Origin: an uncultured Bacilli bacterium
Lineage (GTDB): Bacteria; Bacillota_I; Bacilli_A; RF39; UBA660
Assembly (NCBI GenBank): GCA_910588025.1
Contig: CAJUQG010000004.1
Coordinates: forward strand, 3,086 to 67,085
Direction: 5' to 3'
Length of the DNA stretch: 64,000 nucleotides
Positions 57,820-64,000 of this stretch are shown piece after piece (within the stretch, counting starts at the first letter, position 1; every line of letters starts with the position of its first letter). Made by a program: the position numbers and the translations under genes. The notes below the pieces were generated by a model. The model saw only the letters and a list, made by a program, of their open reading frames with translations, was not told the DNA's origin and searched no databases.

Positions 57820-58471
57820 AGAATTATTAGTCATAAATAAACCCTCCAAACTTTTAACAATTTCTACTGAAAAAGAAAAATATCATACCCTTTATTTTGA
57901 AGCTAGTTCTTATATCAAAAAACAAAATCCTCGCAATAAAATTTTTATTGTCCATCGCTTAGACAAAGAAACATCTGGAATTGTAATATTTGCCAAAAAT
58001 GAATCATTAAAATTAGCTCTTCAAAATAATTGGGAAAAATTGGCACCTTTGAGAGAATACATAGCAGTCGTTGAAGGGGGAGTAAAAAATAAAAAAGGAA
58101 CTATTACAAACTACTTAAAAGAAACTAAAACACTTCAAGTATTTGATACCAAAAATCCGAAAGATGGAAAATTAGCAATCACTCATTATCAAGTGTTAGA
58201 AACAAATAAAACTTATAGCTTATTAAAAATAACAATACAATCAGGTCGAAAAAATCAAATTAGGGTAGCTCTATCTTCAATTGGACATCCTATTGTTGGA
58301 GATAAAAAATACCAAAGTCAAAAAAATCCTTATGGAAGATTAGCCCTTCATGCCTCAAAACTTAAATTAATTCATCCTAAAACGAAACAAGAATATATCT
58401 TTTTAAGTAAACTTCCAAAAGAATTTGAACGTGATTTTAAAAGAGGAATTGACCAATATTTAAATCAATAA
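57785..58471 (+). CDS. RluA family pseudouridine synthase
   Basis: The catalytic motif HRLDKETSGIVIFAK and a KxY region are present. Confidence 0.85.
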   Translation: MKKKLDIIHEDKELLVINKPSKLLTISTEKEKYHTLYFEASSYIKKQNPRNKIFIVHRLDKETSGIVIFAKNESLKLALQNNWEKLAPLREYIAVVEGGVKNKKGTITNYLKETKTLQVFDTKNPKDGKLAITHYQVLETNKTYSLLKITIQSGRKNQIRVALSSIGHPIVGDKKYQSQKNPYGRLALHASKLKLIHPKTKQEYIFLSKLPKEFERDFKRGIDQYLNQ

Positions 58472-58487
58472 TAGAAAGGAAAAAAGT

Positions 58488-59198
58488 ATGGAACGTTTAC
58501 AAAAAGTCATATCAAATTGTGGATATACATCTAGAAGAAAAGCCGAAGAATTAATCCAAGCAGGAAAAGTCAAAGTAAATGGCGTCATAATTACAGAATT
58601 AGGTTACAAAGTGAAAGAAAATGATGACATACAAGTAGAAAAAACACATTTAAAAAAAGAATCCAAAGAATACTATTTGTTATACAAACCTGAAAAAACG
58701 ATCACTTCTGTAAAAGATGAAGTAGGAAGAACAACGGTAGTTGACTTAATTAAAACTTCAAAAAGGATTTATCCAGTAGGTAGACTTGATTACGACACAA
58801 CGGGAATCTTACTGCTAACGAATGATGGCGAGCTAGCTAACATTTTAATGCACCCATCCTTTTTCGTTGAAAAAACATATATTGCTAAAGTAGAAGGAAT
58901 TCTAACGGGAAAAGAATTTGACCAATTAAAAAACGGAATTATGATTGATGGTCGAAAAATGATACCAAAAAGAGTAAAATTACGTCTAAAAAATAAAATT
59001 CAAAACTTTTCAAAAATTGAAATTACCATAACCGAAGGACGCAATCATATTATCAAAAAAGCTTTTTTAGCAATAAATCATCCTGTAATCCAATTAAAAA
59101 GAGAATCTTATGCCTTTTTAAATTTAGAAGGCTTAAAAAAAGGTGAATATCGTAAACTAACCATTAAAGAAGTCAAAAAACTTTATTCCTTAAAATAA
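58488..59198 (+). CDS. RsuA/RluB family pseudouridine synthase with an N-terminal S4 domain
   Basis: The S4 domain RLQKVISNCGYTSRRKAEELIQAGKVKVNG and the catalytic motif VGRLDYDTTGILLLTNDG are present. Confidence 0.85.
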   Translation: MERLQKVISNCGYTSRRKAEELIQAGKVKVNGVIITELGYKVKENDDIQVEKTHLKKESKEYYLLYKPEKTITSVKDEVGRTTVVDLIKTSKRIYPVGRLDYDTTGILLLTNDGELANILMHPSFFVEKTYIAKVEGILTGKEFDQLKNGIMIDGRKMIPKRVKLRLKNKIQNFSKIEITITEGRNHIIKKAFLAINHPVIQLKRESYAFLNLEGLKKGEYRKLTIKEVKKLYSLK

Positions 59199-59219
59199 AA
59201 AAGTAGCTTATTATAACAA

Positions 59220-59534
59220 TTAAGCTGCTTTTTCTTCATCTTCCTCTTCATCATGACAATGACAATTTTCACAATGACATTCGTGTTCTTGACATTTCTC
59301 ATCACTAGAACCAATACATGCTTCTTCTGTATTTGTTGTTTCTTCTAAACTTATAATTGCAACAGGACATGCATCAATCGCATCACTAAGTGAAGGAGAA
59401 TCTAGATTTTCTTGAGATTTAATCACTGAAAATCCATCATCACTAAATTCAAAATGTTCTGCATCAATACCAATACATGCTCCACAACCAATACAAGACT
59501 CTGTTTGTAAAACAATTTTTTTCAATTTATTCAC
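59220..59534 (-). CDS. 4Fe-4S ferredoxin with a Cys/His-rich acidic C-terminal tail
   Basis: CIGCGACIG ... CP gives a single-cluster ferredoxin. The tail is CQEHECHCENCHCHDEEEDEEKAA. The start is GTG 59534 or TTG 59525 after a GAGGTG. A terminator hairpin AGCTTA/TAAGCT lies at about 59203-59233. Confidence 0.65.
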   Translation of the reverse strand: MNKLKKIVLQTESCIGCGACIGIDAEHFEFSDDGFSVIKSQENLDSPSLSDAIDACPVAIISLEETTNTEEACIGSSDEKCQEHECHCENCHCHDEEEDEEKAA

Positions 59535-59637
59535 CTCAAATTAATTATATAAATTATGATTTCAAAAATCAACGAGAAATAAAGTTTTCAAACAAATAAA
59601 AATATGTTATCATTTATGTTGAAAGGATAAGGGCGTC

Positions 59638-60498
59638 ATGAAAAGTAGAAGTGAAAAATACTACGACGAAGATACAAAAGTTTATCAATCAAGAACCAGT
59701 CGAAATAGTAACTTATATAAAGAAATAAATAAAAGTGAACTTAACGATTTTAATATTGCTAGCAATGCAAAAGTTATAGGTGAAAATGATTCAAACTCCG
59801 TAAATGTTGATAAACTAAAAGAAATCTTAGAAAAAAACTATCATGACATACCGAAACGTCGTGAAGTTAAATTAGTTCCAGATGTAGAAGAACCATCATT
59901 AGAATTAGAAGAAACCAAAGAATACGATATTAACGCTATTTTAGAAAAAGCGCGAGAAGAAAAAGAAGTTGATTATGAAAAAGAACGTTTAAAAAAATTA
60001 CGAGACACCCAATATGACATCTTAAAAAACTTAAATGTAGAAGAAGAGCCTAGAGAAACGAAAGCAGCTGGGGATAAAACCAAAGAAGAATTACTAGAAC
60101 TTATTAACACAATTACGGAAAACGAAATCAATAAAACTAAATTAGATCCTTTAGACATTTTAACAGATTTAAAGGGAGAAGATACCAATACTATGGTAAT
60201 GGGTGCAAATGATACAACTGAAATATTAAAAAACTTAGTCGCCGAAAAGAATGAAGAAAAAATTCAAGAACCAAAAAAACCAACCACAATAGAAGAGAAA
60301 AAAGATAAAATAGATAACTCTTTTTATACCAATAGTTTATCCTTTACACAAAGTGATTTTGATGATTTTAATGATTTAAAAGAAGATGTAGAATCTCATA
60401 AATTACTTCTACATATTATCATTATTGTTATTACCATAGCCATTATTATCGGGATCGTAATTTTATTAAATAGTGTATTACATCTTGGATTATTTTAA
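59638..60498 (+). CDS. K/E-rich tail-anchored hypothetical protein
   Basis: The 286-aa protein is highly charged and low-complexity, with a single C-terminal TM helix (LLHIIIIVITIAIIIGIVILL). Confidence 0.5.
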   Translation: MKSRSEKYYDEDTKVYQSRTSRNSNLYKEINKSELNDFNIASNAKVIGENDSNSVNVDKLKEILEKNYHDIPKRREVKLVPDVEEPSLELEETKEYDINAILEKAREEKEVDYEKERLKKLRDTQYDILKNLNVEEEPRETKAAGDKTKEELLELINTITENEINKTKLDPLDILTDLKGEDTNTMVMGANDTTEILKNLVAEKNEEKIQEPKKPTTIEEKKDKIDNSFYTNSLSFTQSDFDDFNDLKEDVESHKLLLHIIIIVITIAIIIGIVILLNSVLHLGLF

Positions 60499-60519
60499 AA
60501 CTATTGCATAAAATGTAAT

Positions 60520-61263
60520 ATGAAAAAAGCCAAATTAAAAAATAGCAAATGGATCAAACCGAAAGTATCAACTATTTTAACTATGATACTTCTTTCTATT
60601 TGCTTTTTTAGTGGCATCATTTTGCTAAAATTTAATCAAAATGTAACTCCAAAATTAATCGAAGTAGCTTCCAAAAACTTAGAAAAATTAACATTTAATC
60701 TTTTTAATAACTATAACATAATGACCCAATTAGACGATGACATAGCAGGCAATATTTTAAATATTCATCATAATAATAAAGGAGAAATTATTAATATAAG
60801 TTACAATACCAAAAATGCTTATCATATTGCCAATTTACTCGCAAATCGGATCAAAAATGATTTTAATGCAATTGAAAATGGTAAATTAAACATTGAATAT
60901 TATGATCAAGAACTTTCCAATGGCTTAGATGGATTTGTTTTAAGTCTACCAGTTGGCGTAGCAAGTAATTCCATTTATTTCACCAATTTAGGACCAAGAA
61001 TTCCTGTCAAAATTAAATTTATTGGAACCATTCTAACAAATTTAAAAACAAAAGTTCAAAATTATGGTATCAATAATGCATTGATAGAAGTTTACATCGA
61101 TGTGTCAATAAGTCACGAAATTATTACACCTGTAACACTTCAAACCAAAGAATTAAAATATGAAATTTTGATTGGAGCAGAAATAATAAATGGAATAGTA
61201 CCATCTTTGTATGGTGGACTTTATGAGACAAAAAGCAACATTTTAAATATTCCTATCAATTAA
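60520..61263 (+). CDS. yunB: sporulation protein YunB
   Basis: An N-terminal TM helix is present. LGPRIPVKIKFIGTIL ... NYGINNALIEVYIDV ... IGAEIINGIVP is collinear with conserved YunB blocks. Confidence 0.65.
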   Translation: MKKAKLKNSKWIKPKVSTILTMILLSICFFSGIILLKFNQNVTPKLIEVASKNLEKLTFNLFNNYNIMTQLDDDIAGNILNIHHNNKGEIINISYNTKNAYHIANLLANRIKNDFNAIENGKLNIEYYDQELSNGLDGFVLSLPVGVASNSIYFTNLGPRIPVKIKFIGTILTNLKTKVQNYGINNALIEVYIDVSISHEIITPVTLQTKELKYEILIGAEIINGIVPSLYGGLYETKSNILNIPIN

Positions 61264-61294
61264 AGATTGTGCTATACTTAAAATAGGTGAGCGT

Positions 61295-62119
61295 ATGGAA
61301 AGTAATATTTTCATAAATCAAGCATTTACGAATGCAATTAATTTATATCTTGAAAATAAACAGTCAAGTGATTCCATCGAGTTTTCTACATTTCCAGTCA
61401 TGGTAATCCGCACTCTGATTTTGATATATGGAGAACTTGATATTATCAATCCATTTCGTACAAACAATGAAGATAGAATGGGAGGATTTGATTCAAATCT
61501 TACCAAATTTGGTTTTTCTAAGCGAGCTTTAACAAACTTTAAAAATTGCTTCCAAAAATGTATAGAAAACCAGACACATCCTAATATTTATTTTTTGAAA
61601 GTTGAAAAATATTTAATCGATATGTTTTTTTACCGTAAAAAAGTAATAAATACTACAGAAGAACAAATAAAATCTTTTCAAAGTTACCTATATTTATCAT
61701 CCAATTCCAATGAATCAATGAAAAAAGATGCTTTAAAATATGTAGATTCTTGTATAGAGTTAGATTTATATTTTCAGAGTAAACTGTTTGAATCTAACCA
61801 CAATTTTGTCCTTTTACCTTATAAACAGAATACCTTACTTCCAGAAGCATATACTACGTTAGGATATACACTTGAAATGATTTCTCAATTAGATGAACAA
61901 ACACTTGGCCAATTAAACAATAAAATTTTAAACTTTTTTAAAATTGATCCAAATGAAGTAGAAAAAAATGAGCGTTTAAAAGAAGCTATTTCCTATTATC
62001 AAAGATATGGAAATTCTATAACAACTGGTAATGGTTATGTTGATATGTTATTATTATTAAGTATTGTAGCAACAGTAATGATGACACTATTTGCAATTAC
62101 TGTGAGGGTTTTAGGGTGA
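61295..62119 (+). CDS. hypothetical protein with a C-terminal TM helix
   Basis: The protein is 274 aa with a C-terminal hydrophobic segment. Confidence 0.4.
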   Translation: MESNIFINQAFTNAINLYLENKQSSDSIEFSTFPVMVIRTLILIYGELDIINPFRTNNEDRMGGFDSNLTKFGFSKRALTNFKNCFQKCIENQTHPNIYFLKVEKYLIDMFFYRKKVINTTEEQIKSFQSYLYLSSNSNESMKKDALKYVDSCIELDLYFQSKLFESNHNFVLLPYKQNTLLPEAYTTLGYTLEMISQLDEQTLGQLNNKILNFFKIDPNEVEKNERLKEAISYYQRYGNSITTGNGYVDMLLLLSIVATVMMTLFAITVRVLG

Positions 62120-62123
62120 TTTT

Positions 62124-62405
62124 ATGAGAGAAATACAAGTAAATAATATAAAATATCATGTTTTAAAAGAAGTAAAAGATGCTATTAACACAGAAATTTT
62201 AGAAGAAAAAATTACGGATTACTTTGCACCGTTTGACTACATTGTAGGCGATTGGGCTTATGGAAAGCTTCGGTTGAAAGGTTTTAATAGCAAAGCAAAT
62301 AAAAATTTCAAACCAATTAACGATATTGATTCAGTAGATGATTATCTAAAAAATAATTGTGCGTTTGGATGTAGTTATTTTATTATCGCAAAAATTAGAG
62401 ATTGA
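62124..62405 (+). CDS. YutD-like (DUF1027) protein
   Basis: FDYIVGDWAYGKLRLKGF ... NCAFGCSYFII matches the conserved YutD core. Confidence 0.6.
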   Translation: MREIQVNNIKYHVLKEVKDAINTEILEEKITDYFAPFDYIVGDWAYGKLRLKGFNSKANKNFKPINDIDSVDDYLKNNCAFGCSYFIIAKIRD

Positions 62406-62454
62406 AAATTTAATCTCTTTTTGTTATAATCATAAAAGAATAGAGGGATTTACA

Positions 62455-62736
62455 ATGGATGAAAAAGTGATATTAGTGACACCGAGTGGCGAAAAATTAG
62501 AAAAAAAATTAGTATGCTATTTTAAATCTACCGATGATGAGCATCCAAATATAAAAAATATTCCTATTGTTGCTATTGAAACTGGAGAGATGAATGGTGC
62601 AAATTATGTACTAGAATTTTTTTGGGAACAAAATGGAATTTATCAACCTGTAAATAATGAAGCAGCTTGGGGTGAAGTGAAAAAAACTATTATTGATATA
62701 ATAAATGGAAAAACAGAAGTGGAAGGAGTATTATAA
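62455..62736 (+). CDS. hypothetical protein
   Basis: The 93-aa protein from ATG 62455 has a GAGGGA RBS, and its stop overlaps the next gene in an ATGA. Confidence 0.4.
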   Translation: MDEKVILVTPSGEKLEKKLVCYFKSTDDEHPNIKNIPIVAIETGEMNGANYVLEFFWEQNGIYQPVNNEAAWGEVKKTIIDIINGKTEVEGVL

Positions 62737-63494
62737 TGACGAAAGTAATGTTGTTAAAAAAAACTGAAGTTTCTGTGACAGAGGAAAAAAAAGGAAAACA
62801 AATAGCTGTCAAAGAAAATAATATATTATCATTAAAGAACTTTTATACAGATAATTTAAAAAAAGTAGCAAATGAAAATGCTAAATTAGAACAAACAGCT
62901 ACACCTACAGAAGTTATAGAACCAATACAACCAGTAACTAATGAAAGTGACCTTAATCCAGTAACTCCTCCAAACATTGAAAATGTTTCAGTGAATAATC
63001 CTGATCATAAAGATACTGGCGAGATAATAGAGCAAGCTCCTACGAATGTGATTGAGCCTACTGAGATTAAAGCAATGGACATTGAAATTCCTGTTGTAGA
63101 AAATGATTTAGATAAAGAACCTGTTACTTTAGAAAATCGAGAGAATGAAAGCTCAACAGACAGTACAAATGTTGGAGATGCTCCATTAATAAATTTAGTT
63201 CCAGAAAGTGCTCCAGAAATAACAGATTCTAATGAAATGGATCCAGAACTTCAAGAAATTAAAGATCGACTTGATAAAGTAATCTCAGATTTAAATAATT
63301 ATAAAAAAAAAATTAAACTTCTAGAGAATGAAGTAAATCAAAATTTAGAAAAATCAAGAGAAGTGTTAAAAGATACACAAGCAGCAGCAAAGATTATGTC
63401 TATACAACAAGAACGTCAAAGACAAATAAATGAAGAAAGTGGTGGATCAACTATAGAAAATGATCCTACAAGAATTTTACAAAAAACAGCATAA
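62736..63494 (+). CDS. acidic hypothetical protein with a C-terminal coiled-coil
   Basis: The 252-aa protein has a D/E/P-rich centre and a heptad-like C-terminus (LDKVISDLNNYKKKIKLLENEVNQNLEK). Confidence 0.4.
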   Translation: MTKVMLLKKTEVSVTEEKKGKQIAVKENNILSLKNFYTDNLKKVANENAKLEQTATPTEVIEPIQPVTNESDLNPVTPPNIENVSVNNPDHKDTGEIIEQAPTNVIEPTEIKAMDIEIPVVENDLDKEPVTLENRENESSTDSTNVGDAPLINLVPESAPEITDSNEMDPELQEIKDRLDKVISDLNNYKKKIKLLENEVNQNLEKSREVLKDTQAAAKIMSIQQERQRQINEESGGSTIENDPTRILQKTA

Positions 63495-63545
63495 AGTTTA
63501 AGAAAGAATCTTAAACTTTTTTCATAGAATTTATTAGGGATAATT

Positions 63546-64000
63546 ATGAATGAAATGCTAACTTTTTTTTACAATTTAAAACCTATTAATTTATATAAAG
63601 TAGAGAATACTTTTGAATTTATGGATAACCATAACTTTTTTTTATTATATCCAGTTCAAAGAAGTAAAGAAGAGCTTATGGATATTTATCAAATTTGCGA
63701 GGAATTAAAAATCAAAAACATTCCTGTTCATACATTTATTTTAAATCGCGAAAATAAAATAATTAGTAAAATATACGATCAAGATTATATTTTATTTAAA
63801 ATAGAAACACATAAAGAAAACGAAATGAATATATTAGATATTATAGAATTTCAAAATAAATTAATAATATCAAAAAATAAAGTTAATTTATATCGTAATA
63901 ATTGGGGAGAATTATGGAGTAAAAAAATAGACTATTTCGAATATCAAATTAGAGAGCTAGGAAAAAATAAAAAAGTAATTTTAAATAGCTTTAGTTATTA
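63546..64000 (+). CDS. CotS-family spore-coat protein / phosphotransferase-like, 3'-truncated at the window end
   Basis: The N-terminal region ends ...NWGELWSKKIDYFEYQIRELG, matching the CotS/BSK-type pattern. The frame is open to the window edge. Confidence 0.45.
   Translation, partial: MNEMLTFFYNLKPINLYKVENTFEFMDNHNFFLLYPVQRSKEELMDIYQICEELKIKNIPVHTFILNRENKIISKIYDQDYILFKIETHKENEMNILDIIEFQNKLIISKNKVNLYRNNWGELWSKKIDYFEYQIRELGKNKKVILNSFSY

Noticed and set aside
1-64000. Mobile element hallmarks (integrase, transposase, IS inverted repeats) and CRISPR arrays
   Set aside because: No ORF with recognisable integrase or transposase motifs and no repeat-spacer array were found anywhere in the window.

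Overview
This is a 64 kb chromosomal segment from a low-GC (roughly 27-28% GC) spore-forming Firmicute. Sporulation genes are present (YunB, a CotS-like kinase, YutD synteny), and TGA serves as a stop codon in ATGA overlaps, so the standard code 11 applies. Most of the window is densely packed with ordinary forward-strand genes: an NHEJ module (Ku, a LigD ligase domain and a fused LigD phosphoesterase-polymerase), and a wall-polysaccharide export and glycosylation cluster (TagGH-like ABC, tandem GT2, GtrA/GtrB plus large polytopic membrane proteins). A ZIP-patatin pair, a YeeN-type regulator, a 1427-aa activase/dehydratase fusion protein and a two-component system follow. A housekeeping run (DusB, PduL-like) and resistance-type modules come next (MarR with a MacB-like ABC, PadR with a DUF1700 partner). 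The remainder holds AddAB, pseudouridine synthases, a ferredoxin and sporulation-linked genes. There are three tRNAs: Gly-GCC (+), Asn-GTT (-) and His-GTG (+, with the extra G-1 encoded). The most unusual region is an AT-rich islet just downstream of tRNA-His (about 37.1-43.2 kb). It carries an acidic 32-aa ORF, a 562-aa AIPR-like protein with an N-terminal PD-(D/E)xK-type motif, and a convergent, translationally coupled three-gene minus-strand operon. That operon encodes a radical-SAM helix-hairpin-helix protein (TIGR03916-like), its UDG-related partner (TIGR03915-like) and an unexpected divergent Cpn60/TCP-1-family chaperonin-like protein. Other points of interest are a stand-alone ClpB-type D1 AAA+ domain protein and a promoter-plus-terminator unit without an ORF upstream of padR (candidate sRNA). 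There is also a GC-rich protein-coding remnant with its own terminator, an orphan Shine-Dalgarno/terminator region after the histidine kinase, and a ferredoxin with a Cys/His-rich acidic tail. No CRISPR array, transposase or integrase was seen.
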